From NCBI GenBank assembly GCA_963696385.1, contig CAVOKF010000004.1, forward strand, positions 1 to 64,000: 64,000 nucleotides of DNA. Direction: 5' to 3'. The notes beneath the pieces are model-generated. The model was not told where the DNA came from. It saw only the letters and a program-made list of their open reading frames with translations, and made no database searches. Made by a program: the position numbers and the translations under genes. The stretch comes from an uncultured delta proteobacterium (GTDB lineage Bacteria; Myxococcota_A; Polyangia; Polyangiales; Polyangiaceae). Shown here piece by piece: positions 49,152-58,837 of the stretch (the stretch's first letter is position 1; every line of letters begins with the position of its first letter).

Positions 49152-49345
49152 TGCCCGACAACACCCGTCCGCCGCGCAACCTCCACATCGACGACCAGCC
49201 GAACCTCGGCACCCGCGCGCTGATGACGGCCGTCGACGAGCTGGCCAAGGCGCACCGGCTTGCCGGAGCCCGCGTCGCCTACAAGCGCAACGCCAAGGGC
49301 GAGCACGTCGTCGCGGTCATCTTCACCGGCTTCGAGCGCACGTAG
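49152..49345 (+). CDS. Small hypothetical protein
   Basis: Compact ORF with host-like codon usage; no motif recognised. Confidence 0.35.
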
Positions 49346-49498
49346 CGGCCCGAATCCGTATTCCGGTGCGCCGGAGGCGAAACCCGGTTTCGCCATGCGG
49401 CCCGCATCGGCGCGCAGAGCCCTGCAGCCAAGATAGGCGATCGCTCCGATCGGAACCCGGGTTCCGGTCCCGGTTGGTCCGCCGACGGCCGCTCCGAC

Positions 49499-49577
49499 TG
49501 ACAACGAGCGCCCCAAAGGCCTTTTATGTGACCGCGGCGGTTTCCGCGTCTCTTCGTCGGCCGACAAGCTTTGCGCC
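49499..49577 (+). repeat. dif-like element, partial copy B2, cut by IS66
   Basis: Identical to B1 from TGACAAC to TTTGCGCC. Confidence 0.85.
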
Positions 49578-49638
49578 GTAACCGTCCGGCCGGGCCCGCA
49601 CTTGATTTAGGGGCAGAAAGCGCGGTGCGATCGGGGGC

Positions 49639-49959
49639 ATGGGACGCGAGCGTCGGTCGCGAGTCTGGTGGTCAAGCCGAGTGGCGCGTTGGCGGCGCAG
49701 CGGGCTTACGGCGCGGCAATTCGCCGAGAGCGAAGGGCTTTCGGTGTTCTCGCTTCGGTGGTGGTCGAGCCAGTTGGCTCGTGATAACCGTGCGGAGCAC
49801 GGTGCGTCGGCGATCGAGCCGATCGAGATCACCGTCGAGGGGCGTCAGGCCGGCCGCGAACTGGTCGAAGTCGTGGTCGGCGCGGCGACGATCCGCTGCG
49901 AGCGGGGGACGGACGTCGGATACATTGCGGCGCTGGTTCGTGCGATCGCGGGTGCATGA
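49639..49959 (+). CDS. tnpA: IS66 accessory protein TnpA
   Basis: WRRSGLTARQFAESEGLS...LRWW HTH. Confidence 0.8.
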   Translation: MGRERRSRVWWSSRVARWRRSGLTARQFAESEGLSVFSLRWWSSQLARDNRAEHGASAIEPIEITVEGRQAGRELVEVVVGAATIRCERGTDVGYIAALVRAIAGA

Positions 49960-50321
49960 CGGTGTTCGGTTTCTCGCCTCACGTTCGCGTGTACCTCGCG
50001 TCGCAGCCGGTCGACATGCGTGCAGGCCACGACAGTCTGTTCGCGATCGTGAAGAGCTGGGACCTGAATCCGTTCAGCGGGGACCTGTTTGCGTTCGTTG
50101 GGAAACGACGAGACCGGGTGAAGATTTTGGTGTGGCACCGCGGGGGATTTTTATTGGTCTACAAGCGGTTGGAAAGAAATCGATTTCGGATCCCTGCGAT
50201 CCAGCCGGGAACGCGGACGGCGATGCTCGATGCGACGCAGCTGGCGATGTTGCTCGATGGCATCGACGTCCAACACGTTCAACGCCCCGCGCTGTGGCAG
50301 CCTCCGGGTCTGGCGCGCTGA
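49956..50321 (+). CDS. tnpB: IS66 accessory protein TnpB
   Basis: PVDMRAGHDSL, FAFVGKRRDRVKIL, YKRLE, LAMLLDGID. Confidence 0.92.
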   Translation: MTVFGFSPHVRVYLASQPVDMRAGHDSLFAIVKSWDLNPFSGDLFAFVGKRRDRVKILVWHRGGFLLVYKRLERNRFRIPAIQPGTRTAMLDATQLAMLLDGIDVQHVQRPALWQPPGLAR

Positions 50322-50428
50322 GCCCCGTCGCGGCCCTGTGTGTCCATTGGACACTTTGTCGCTGAAATCGTCGTCGGCCCCCACGCTAAGCCTTTTAATC
50401 TGCGCGGCGATGGTGCACGAAAAGGATC

Positions 50429-52033
50429 GTGGTTGATGCGCGAGACGTCCGCATCGCGAAGCTTGTGGAGCTGCGCAAGCGCGCCGAAGAGCGTGAGCGA
50501 CAACTGGGCGAGATCGTCGCGCAGCAGCAGACGCTGATCGCTGCGCAGCAGCAACTCATCGCCGAGCTGCAGCGTCGACTGTCCGAGCAAGATGCGCAGC
50601 AGAAGGCGCGCGCCGAAGAGATGAAGGCCGAGATCGACCGGCTGGAGCGGCAACTGTTGGGCCCGAAGACCGAGCGGACCCACGTTCCGCCGATCGACGC
50701 CGAGCTTCGCAACACCGAACCGATGACCGACGAAGAGCGCGCGCGCCGTCGCGAAGAGATTGCACGCAAGCGACGCGAACGCGCACTCGCGAAGAACGCC
50801 GCGATGGCCGTCGAGCAGGTCGAGTACCCGGTACCCGAATCGATGAAGCCGTGCGCTCATTGTGGCGGCGTGCATGCGCGAGCTCTCGAGCCCGAGCAGA
50901 GCACGACGTACGAGTACAAGCCGGGTCACTTCATCCGTCGTGTGCACAAGCGGCAGAAGCTCGCATGCAGCTGCGGCCAGTCCATCGTGACGGCGCCGCC
51001 GCCTCCGAAGCTCGTCGTCGGTGGACAGTACGGCTTCGGGTTCGCCGCATTCCTCATCGTGGAGAAGTGCGCCGACTCGATTCCCATTCATCGCATTGAG
51101 AAACGATTCGGCCGACTTGGGATCCCGATCTCGCGCAGCACGATGAACGATCTCGTTCACAAGGCTGCCGAGATTGTTCGACCGCTCGTCGCTCGACTGC
51201 AGACGCGAATCGCGGCTCTCGAAGTCGTGCTCGCCGACGAGACCTCGATGCGCTTGCAGGACCGTCCCAAGCGCGGCTTTGTCTGGGTGTTTCACGGTCA
51301 CGATGAAGTCAGCGGCGGCAAGCTTGTTCTGTATGCCTTCGCCGTCGATCGAAGCGGCGACACGCCGGCGAAGATCCTGGGTGGCACTCGCGGCACTCTC
51401 GTGGTGGACGGATACACGGGGTACAACCAGGTGACCGACCCGCTCGGACGCGCGCGCGGCGGATGCTGGAGCCACATGCGCAGAAAGCTCTTCGAGGCGC
51501 GCTCCACCCGTGCGGCCGAGGACATCGACCCCGCGCTCGGGATCATCCGCGAGATCTTTCGTGTCGAACACGACGCGACCGAGCAGAAGATCGTCCGCAC
51601 TCCGGCCCATCTCGAGCTGCGAAATGCGCGTAGCGCTCCGCTGGTCGAGCAATTCTTTCAGTGGGCCGAACACAAGAAGGTCGAGGTCCTTCCGAAGGGC
51701 CCGCTCGGCGAGGCGCTCGGTTACGCGATTAACCAACGCGCTCGACTCGAGCTTTTCTTGTCGGATCCGCGTATTCCGATGCACAACAACGGCTCAGAGT
51801 CCCGCTTACGCGTTATTGCTCTGGCTCGCCATACGTACCTTTTCTTCGGACATCCACTCGCGGGCAAAAACTTCGCGGGGCTCTACTCGCTCGTCGGCTC
51901 CTGCATCGCCAACGAAGTCGAGCCGACGGAGTATCTCACCGACGTACTTGCGCGAGTCCGCGACGCAACGACCGACGAGCAGCTCGACGCGCTGCTACCC
52001 GATCGGTGGGCGCCCCACGGTCCAGCGCCCTGA
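50429..52033 (+). CDS. tnpC: IS66 transposase TnpC
   Basis: Coiled coil, CAHCG, ADET, VVDGYTGY, CWSHMRRK, NNGSESRLR, LLPDRW. Confidence 0.93.
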   Translation: MVDARDVRIAKLVELRKRAEERERQLGEIVAQQQTLIAAQQQLIAELQRRLSEQDAQQKARAEEMKAEIDRLERQLLGPKTERTHVPPIDAELRNTEPMTDEERARRREEIARKRRERALAKNAAMAVEQVEYPVPESMKPCAHCGGVHARALEPEQSTTYEYKPGHFIRRVHKRQKLACSCGQSIVTAPPPPKLVVGGQYGFGFAAFLIVEKCADSIPIHRIEKRFGRLGIPISRSTMNDLVHKAAEIVRPLVARLQTRIAALEVVLADETSMRLQDRPKRGFVWVFHGHDEVSGGKLVLYAFAVDRSGDTPAKILGGTRGTLVVDGYTGYNQVTDPLGRARGGCWSHMRRKLFEARSTRAAEDIDPALGIIREIFRVEHDATEQKIVRTPAHLELRNARSAPLVEQFFQWAEHKKVEVLPKGPLGEALGYAINQRARLELFLSDPRIPMHNNGSESRLRVIALARHTYLFFGHPLAGKNFAGLYSLVGSCIANEVEPTEYLTDVLARVRDATTDEQLDALLPDRWAPHGPAP

Positions 52034-52416
52034 ACCACTGGGGCGCAGCGCAACTCCCGCAATCCCCGAACGCGTCGCGCGTCGTCACGTCGATGCAGAG
52101 TGTCGCCCGAGTCCGCGACGCGACCCCAGCACGACGTGCCGCTATCCATACGAGCGCAGCGCCTCGCCTCTGCCCCCCTGAACCACTGGCCTGAAGTCGC
52201 CAAGCATGGTCGCGCTCTGTTGCGGCCGCGGCAACGACGTCAACGCGACGATGCTCTTGGCGTGCTCGCCAACAATCGCGACGAGTACTGGGACAAGAAG
52301 CTCGCCGCCGATACTTGGCAGGGGCCTCATCGCGGGAAAGGCCCGCCCCCTGAACCATTCTTGGACTCAGGTCAACAGCGGGGCGCGCCGGACGCTTACG
52401 TGGAAAGGGTGCAGTT

Positions 52417-52906
52417 GTGACCGATGTAGAAGCTACAGCAGCCGCGAGAATCGCACTTCGGTGTCTCATCGAAGAGACAGCTTCAATGGCTGCCGCAAAC
52501 AGCATGACGCCCGAGGCCCTGCGAGGCATCGCCTATTATGACATGTCACGCGATGCCCCGATTCTTGCGCTGGACGCATTTGGAAAGGCAACACAGGTAG
52601 TCACCTCGCTTCCTGAGTTTTTGGCGCGTTTTGACGCCCAGGACGTCACGCGTATTGTCATACAGTTTGTATACGAATATTACGCCCGCAGTAACAGCAT
52701 CCTTTACGACGATGTTGTCTTTGAAGCCGTGTGGTCTGACTTCACGGCAGAAATCCAAGAGCCCCTGTGGGTGACGCGAGGAGTCGCCAACGTCAGAAAC
52801 TTCACGAGCGATAACCACGCACTGGCGCTGGGGGACGGCGTAGCGATCCGAGGGCGAAGTAACGACGAGCTCACCGCCCTGGGTTTTAGCGGTGCCGTTC
52901 TGGACT
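52417..52906 (+). pseudogene. 3'-truncated hypothetical gene, possibly the N-terminal part of an Apea-like HEPN protein
   Basis: More AT-rich ORF whose frame runs into element C; family assignment weak. Confidence 0.4.
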
Positions 52907-53016
52907 CAAATCGGTTCGCCATTACAGCGACGGCGGAAGCCCCTAACGGGTTATATGTGACCGCCGCGGTTTCCGCGGCTCTTCGTTGATCGATACGCTT
53001 TCGACCGGCTACTCGC
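52907..53016 (+). repeat. dif-like element, divergent copy C
   Basis: CAAATCGGTTCGCC...GAAGCCCCTAA-CGGGTT-ATATGTGACCG...GCTACTCGC, same 110-bp length. Confidence 0.88.
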
Positions 53017-53218
53017 TCGCAAGAAGACGCGCAACGTGACGAAGGGGAAAGGCGGTACGATGGTGGTGCGCGGGGTCGCACTCGCCCTCATCGTGACGTC
53101 GAAAACCTTCCGCAAGCTGCGCGGTTACGTCGCAATGCCCAAGCTCGTCGCAGCCCTCCGCGCTCACGACGCCACGCTCAGCTCCACGTCCGTTGAGGAC
53201 TCGACGAAGACCGCGTAA
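53017..53218 (+). pseudogene. IS256-family transposase C-terminal remnant
   Basis: TRNVTK..GGTMVVR...KTFRKLRGYVAMPKLVAALRA. Confidence 0.65.
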
Positions 53219-53267
53219 TTCGTTGCTCGCCGCCACCCAAGCGGCCGGGACCAAGCCCAAGGCGACC

Positions 53268-53440
53268 ATGGGAATGTCAGACTTCTACCGAGGCCTGCGT
53301 GAGAGGATCGGACCCGACCTGCTGCTCATTCCGGGCGTCGCCGCGGTCATTCGTGACGACGACGGGCGGTTCCTCGTGCAGCAGAGGCACGACGGGTCGT
53401 GGAGCCTTCCGGCTGGGGCGGTCGAACCCGGTGAAACCCC
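53268..53440 (+). pseudogene. NUDIX hydrolase 5' fragment
   Basis: MGMSDFYRGLRERIG...WSLPAGAVEPGETP; Nudix box cut. Confidence 0.75.
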
Positions 53441-53493
53441 GCACGTCCGGTGGTGTGGGAGAGGCCCGGTGAACCCGCCGGCCCTATCCCGAT
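53438..53493 (+). ncRNA. Group II (IIC-like) intron 3' end remnant (half of domain V plus domain VI)
   Basis: CCGCACGTCCGGTGGTGTGGGAGAGG...CCCTATCCCGAT matches the IIC terminal pattern. Confidence 0.65.
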
Positions 53494-53622
53494 TCCGCCT
53501 CGCCGGGTCGGGTCGGTCACAAAACGTCGGATCCACCGGGTCAAAAAAGGTCGGCTCGGCGTGGCCGTCTACAGCCCGACCGTCCTTCGCCTGAGGACAC
53601 GCTTCCGGTGACGCGTTCAGGG

Positions 53623-55525
53623 TCAGCTCCCGAGCCCGCGGTCGAGATCCGGACGAACGACGAGTCGGCCGCTTGCATCGCGAGAGATCACGACCGACTT
53701 GCCTTGCATGGCGCGCAGCGACGTCGTGGTATCCATCACGCCCAAGCGCGAACCGTCCGAAATGACGGCGCACCAGGAGCCACCGGGTGCCGCGCGGATC
53801 TCCAAGCGTCCGCGGAAGCGCTCCGGCAGGCGTCCGACAAATGTCTGCCCCAAGCTCGCAGCCATTTCGTCTCCTACCGCCCGTCGCTCGCGTTCGCGTA
53901 GCGCAGCAAGCCGACTCGGATCGTCGGGCGCGACGCCGAGCTGGCGCAGCGTTTCACGGCGACTCTGCACAGCGAGGCGCAGTTCCGCCCCGAAGCCGTA
54001 GGGCGCCAGGGTCGACGCGTCGACGCGATCGAGCCACACGGGGCCGAGATAACGAATTTGGTCGGCAAGCGACAGCGGCTCCTTACGAAAGAACAGGCGA
54101 TGCTTCGGAGGTGTCGTGTCGCCCGGTGCCGCGCTTGCAGCTGCTCGAGGAGGTCCAGCGGCAGCGTCCAGGCGTTGGGAGCGGCGGGCGTCGCCAGTCC
54201 GAGACGCTCGAGTTCGCGCAGGCGCCGACCGGCGGCGCGAGCGGTCGCGTCAGCGGCCTCGGCATCGAGCATGTACAGGCCGGCGCGCGCGCGGGCCACC
54301 TCCGCGATGTGCCCGTCGACCGGCCGGATGGCGCGCTCGGGTTGACTCGTCACGGACACGATGTCGCCCGGACGCAGAATCCTCGGCGGACCGCGGGTCG
54401 AGCTGGACATGGACCGCGTGGCCCGTTGGTCTCAATGACGGCGTACAGCCGCGCTTTGAGCTCGTCGGACAAACCCTTGCGCGCGACACGCCCCGTCAAG
54501 ACACCGTCGTCCCCCGCGGTGCCGAGGTCCATCGCCTGCCCTTCGCCTACGATCCGATATCGGGCCGGGTCCCCTTGCACGGCGGCATGAAGCTGCTTCA
54601 AGATGTCGCCTCGGGAACCCAGGGCGCGAAGCTCGGTTTGCCATCCCGCCTGGAGCGACCACGTCGATGGCGAGACGCGCTCCGCGAGCCGCACTGCCGC
54701 CAGGTGCTCGAGCCGCGCGACCAGTGTCGAGTCGTCGATCCACCCGGGCGGCTGGCGAGACCGGACCTCGATGCGGTTGTCGACCGCGCGCCGCTCGAGC
54801 TCGCGAGCGAGCGAGGTGAAACGCTCTTGGGTGATCTCCCAGGCATAGGCCCGCTGGATATCGAGGTCATGCCGCGGCCCGAGCTCCTCGGTCGCGATCT
54901 CCTGCGCCGACCAGCGCAAGCCGTTCGAGATGTACCCACGGTCGAGTCTGAGCTCGCGCCCGGTGCGGTCGACGCCCTGGATCACGATGTGCGCATGGGG
55001 ATGATCGGTGTCGAAATGGTTGACGGCCAACCACTCGAGCTTGCGATCGAGATCGCGCTCGACCCGCACAATCAAACGCCGAACGTACGCCGTGAGGTCG
55101 AGCTCCGCGGCATCTTCCGGGGACACGATCACACGAAACTGGTGCCGCTCCCCGGGGCGGGGTTGATCGAAGGTCTCGACGCGCGCCGGTCCGTCGTCGG
55201 TGTACGGCACGCCCTCGGAGCCGTCCTTCTCGACCCCGTCGCGCTCGATGTACCGTAGGTGCAGGGCGGCCGCCTTCGCGCCACCTGTCCCCATGCGCGC
55301 GACGTGCGCCTTGACGACCACGCGTCGCGCCGTCGCATCCGGTCGTCGGACCGAGACCCGTGAGCGTACTGCCGCACGTCGTGCGGCGCCGGCGCGGCGC
55401 ACGATCCGCGACAGAAGCGCGCCGCGAAACGACCCTGCGCCGCTCCGCGATGTCGATTTTCGCCCTCCGCCCATCCGAGGCCGTAAAATAGGGAGATCGT
55501 CCGGGTCGTTCCCGAGTGGATCCAC
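53623..55525 (-). pseudogene. VirD2-like/DUF3363 relaxase (RlxS type), two frameshifts
   Basis: RRVVVKA, HLRYIERDGV, HQFRVIVSPED, NHFDTDHPHAHIV, RGDILK, VWLDR; shifts near 54425 and at a CGACA duplication near 54115. Confidence 0.85.
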
Positions 55526-55665
55526 CTTTTCGTTATGGCGTTCAACAGGTTATCGATGTCGTGGATCCACGCCCTATGTCCGTGGATCCATATTTTCCTG
55601 AAATAGTTTTGCCATCTTAACTCACGCGTGGATCCACTCCTTTATCTTGCCCTCCGCTTTGCTCT
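55516..55665. promoter_or_regulatory. Putative oriT region
   Basis: TATCTTG^CCC at 55643-55652 resembles the IncP nick site TATCCTG^CCC; four GTGGATCCA(C) palindromes; lies between divergent relaxase and mobC. Confidence 0.6.
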
Positions 55666-55763
55666 CGGGAACGACACATTCTGACCTGACTCCGTTTTGA
55701 CTTCGTAGTCTGTCGTAGTTACGTATGGGACGGATTCCGGAGCCAAACGGAGACAAGTGCCCA

Positions 55764-56282
55764 ATGCAAGCACGACAGAAGATTCGGTGCGACGCGATCG
55801 ACCGCGCGCGGATGTTGCTCGAGACGGTAACTACACCCACGATTGAAGAAGTCACCAAGTCGGAAGCTGTCCGAATGCTGCTTCCGCAGATCCGCGAGGC
55901 ACGATCGAAAGGGTACGGTCTTGAAGCGATTGCCAAGATGCTTTCCGAGAGCGGTGTAACGGCGAGTGCAAGCCTCGTCCGCGATCTCTTGACGGAGGGC
56001 AATGCCCCTCTTGTGTTCGGGCGGGGCGCCAAAGCGAAGTCGGCTCATGTCCGGAAGTCACCTGTGCGGGGAGTGCGCGTCCAGCCGCGACACGAACCGT
56101 CGTCGGGCGCGTCAGACTCGAAGACGGATCCGGAAGCCACTCGGGCGACGACGCCGGAGCGAAGCCTTCGTCCAGCCGCGACAGGCGACGGCGCCACCCC
56201 CGTAGTGAAGTCCCCGTCGGTCGGACAGTCTGTCGTGCGTCGGTCGACGTTCGTGCCGCGACCCGATACCGAGAGCATCTAA
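55764..56282 (+). CDS. mobC: MobC-like relaxosome accessory protein
   Basis: KSEAVRML..QIREARSKGYGLEAIAKML; C-terminal FVPRPDTESI; upstream of mobD/mobE. Confidence 0.6.
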   Translation: MQARQKIRCDAIDRARMLLETVTTPTIEEVTKSEAVRMLLPQIREARSKGYGLEAIAKMLSESGVTASASLVRDLLTEGNAPLVFGRGAKAKSAHVRKSPVRGVRVQPRHEPSSGASDSKTDPEATRATTPERSLRPAATGDGATPVVKSPSVGQSVVRRSTFVPRPDTESI

Positions 56283-56363
56283 AGCGCCATCCCGAGTGAA
56301 GTCGACTGCTGTCGGCGTTCCTCCCCCACTTCCCATTCCATCCCGTCGAGAGGACAAGTCCGA

Positions 56364-56933
56364 ATGACTGCGATCCAGACCGCGCGAGGACACGGCTCGA
56401 GACGGCGGTTACACCCACGATCGAAGAAGTCGCCACGTCGGATGGTGCTTGCGCAGATCCGCGAGGCCCGATCGAAGGCGTACGGTCTTGACGCGATCGC
56501 CAAGATCCTTTCCGAGAGCGGGGTAACGGCGAGTGCAAGCCTCGTCCGAGATCTCTTGACGGAGGGCAATGCCCCTCTTCTGTCCGGACTGGACGGCCCA
56601 TCGAAGTCGGCTCGTCTCCGAAAGTCACCCGTCGCGGGAGTGCGCGTCCAGCCGCGACACGAGCCGTCTTCGGGCGCGTCAGACTCGAAGAGGGCTCCGG
56701 AAGGCACTCGAGCGACGACTCCGGAGCGAAGCATCCGTCCAGCCGCGACGGGCGACGGCGTCACCCCGTATGGAAGTCCCCGTCGGTCGGACAGTCTGTC
56801 GTGCGTCGGTCGACGATCGCGGCACGACGCGAACCCGGGAGCCTCTAAAGCGCCAACCCAAGTGAAGCCGACGGCTGTCGGCGTTGTGCCCCCGCTTCCC
56901 GTTTCATCCTGTCGAGAGGACAAGCCCGAATGA
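56364..56933 (+). pseudogene. Diverged tandem duplicate of mobC fused to the first codons of mobD
   Basis: Starts MTAIQTA like mobD, then follows mobC sequence; ~566-bp period. Confidence 0.7.
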
Positions 56934-57646
56934 CTGCGATCCAGACCGCGCAATCCCTTGAGGACAAACACCGACCGATCTACTGGATTGGAGGCAGCAA
57001 AGGCGGCGTCGGCAAGTCGATGATGGCCATCGCCACACTCGATTACCTGCTCGAGAGAGGCACGATCGTCTGTCTCGTCGAGAGCGACACGTCCAACCCG
57101 GACGTGTGGAAAGTCTACAAGGACGTCGTCCCCGTTGAGCTCATCAATCTGGACGAGGGTGACGGCTGGGTCGATCTCGTGAACGTGTGCGACGAACATT
57201 CCGACCGGGTCGTCGTCGTCAACACGGCCGCACGAAACAATCTGGCCGTCACGCAGTACGGCCAGACTCTCGGCACCTGCCTGGGCGAGCTCGGTCGGAA
57301 GTTGGTCGCACTCTGGATGATCAACCGCCAGCGAGATAGCTTGGAGCTGCTCCAGGAGTTCATCGAGGCCGTACCGACCGCGGATGTCCACGTGGTGCGA
57401 AACGGCTATTTTGGCGCGGAAAGCAAGTTCGAGCTCTACAACAGCTCAAAGACCCGGGGATCGGTCGAGAGTCGCGGCGGCAAGTCCGTCACGTTGCCGG
57501 ATTTGGCCGATCGGGTCGCCGACGATCTGACCGAAAGGAGGTTGCCCTTGGCGGCCGCCGCCAAGTCCTTGCCCATCGGCAATCGAGCCGAATTGACTCG
57601 ATGGCGAAGCGAAGTGCGAAAGGTTTTGGCCGAGGTGCTGGACTGA
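56930..57646 (+). CDS. mobD: MobD (TraL-like) P-loop mobilisation protein
   Basis: IGGSKGGVGKS, ESDTSNPDV, NTAAR, LWMINRQRDSLELL, FELYN. Confidence 0.8.
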   Translation: MTAIQTAQSLEDKHRPIYWIGGSKGGVGKSMMAIATLDYLLERGTIVCLVESDTSNPDVWKVYKDVVPVELINLDEGDGWVDLVNVCDEHSDRVVVVNTAARNNLAVTQYGQTLGTCLGELGRKLVALWMINRQRDSLELLQEFIEAVPTADVHVVRNGYFGAESKFELYNSSKTRGSVESRGGKSVTLPDLADRVADDLTERRLPLAAAAKSLPIGNRAELTRWRSEVRKVLAEVLD

Positions 57647-57726
57647 GTCGGGCGGAGTCTTCATTCCGGCTGGGAACGGGAACACGGACGAACCACCGGA
57701 CGGGTTCTATGGGGGAGGGTCACGCG

Positions 57727-58398
57727 ATGAGCATCGACGACGCGTTCGTGAAGCTGACCGGTCGGCAAGCGACCCTCGAAGAACGAGAGCGCCTCCAGCG
57801 CATCCGGGAGGCGCTCGGCCTTGCCGACAACGACGCGTTCTGGAGCATCGTGATGGCGCTCGAATATTACGACTCGCTCTGGCGCCAGTACCCGGCGCAG
57901 TTCGCCGAACACACCGCCCGCACGATCGAGAGAGCCCGCGCGGCCTTCGCCGCGGCAGCCCAGAAAGAGGCCGCGCAAGCCCAGCGCGTGCTTTCCGCAC
58001 AAGTGGCCGAAACGAGCGTCGCGATGGCTCGGCGCCTCGCCGATCGACCCCTCGGGGTGCACCGCGTGACGCTCTGCTTGGCCGCCGTCGTCGCCTTCGG
58101 GGCCTTGTGCGTGCACGCCGGAACCCATCTCGCTCCCAGCGACGCAGCGTGGCGCCCGGTTGGAGCGACGGAGGTCCGCGGATCGGCCGGGGTGATCGCG
58201 CGCGTGCTCTCCGTGCCCGCGGGGTGGATGATCTTCGCGCTTCTCATGCCCGCGGCGGCGGTGGGAGTCCGTGCGGGCTGGGACATGGCGGCCGATCCCC
58301 TGGCCGATCGACGAGACAAGGCCGTCGGAGCGTGCGTCGTGGCGTTCTGCGTGGCCGGGGCCGTGGCGTGCGCCGTTCTGATGGCTCGGGTCACGTGA
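57727..58398 (+). CDS. mobE: MobE-like mobilisation protein
   Basis: DDAFVKLTGRQAT..ERERLQRIREALGLADNDAFWSIVMALEYY. Confidence 0.7.
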   Translation: MSIDDAFVKLTGRQATLEERERLQRIREALGLADNDAFWSIVMALEYYDSLWRQYPAQFAEHTARTIERARAAFAAAAQKEAAQAQRVLSAQVAETSVAMARRLADRPLGVHRVTLCLAAVVAFGALCVHAGTHLAPSDAAWRPVGATEVRGSAGVIARVLSVPAGWMIFALLMPAAAVGVRAGWDMAADPLADRRDKAVGACVVAFCVAGAVACAVLMARVT

Positions 58399-58425
58399 TG
58401 CTGGGGCGAAGCCGGCTCCCTGGCG

Positions 58426-58836
58426 GTGCCCAGCGCGGACGGCGACGCGGTGGTGGTGCGCGTCCGTGCGTTCGGCCTCAATCATTCGGAGGCGTACTTC
58501 CGCCGAGGGGTCTGGGGCGAGGTGGCGAAGGTCACCGGCATCGAGTGTGTCGGCGAGGTGTACGACCCGGGACGGTCCGCCCTGCCTCGCGGACAGCGTG
58601 TCTTCGCCCTCATGGGGGGGATGGGACGCACGATCAACGGAAGCTAGGCGGAGTTCGTGAGCGCACCTGCCGCCAACGTTGTGCCGTTCGAGTCGACAGG
58701 GGCGTGGGCCAACTTGGCTGCGATCCCGGAGTCGTATGTGCGACGGCGTGGACGTTTACCTAGGCGCAGCGACTGGCACACGCACCCGCTCGGACAGACG
58801 CTGATTGTGACGTTCGGGTGCGGCCTGCACCAGCGA
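58426..58836 (+). pseudogene. MDR/quinone oxidoreductase fragment fused to a cupin fragment
   Basis: VRAFGLNHSE...GIECVGEV...GGMGRTINGS*AEFV; then [13 protein letters not shown]. Confidence 0.65.
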
Positions 58837-58837
58837 A

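Larger units (their letters stand above)
49578..52399 (+). mobile_element. IS66-family insertion sequence
   Basis: Terminal IRs GTAACCGTCCGGC / GCCGGACGCTTAC; tnpA-tnpB-tnpC; no target duplication. Confidence 0.92.
11304..58398 (-). mobile_element. Right Tn4371/trb-type ICE at the 3' end of tRNA-Ser(GGA); right boundary not found
   Basis: int, rep/DnaC, DUF2840, traF, trbB-I, virD4-copG, relaxase, mobCDE; no duplicated tRNA 3' end seen in the window. Confidence 0.8.

Noticed and set aside
38203..53016. Integron attC array or CRISPR
   Set aside because: No RYYYAAC/GTTRRRY ends or long attC palindrome, no IntI, kb-sized inserts with truncated genes, mixed orientation.
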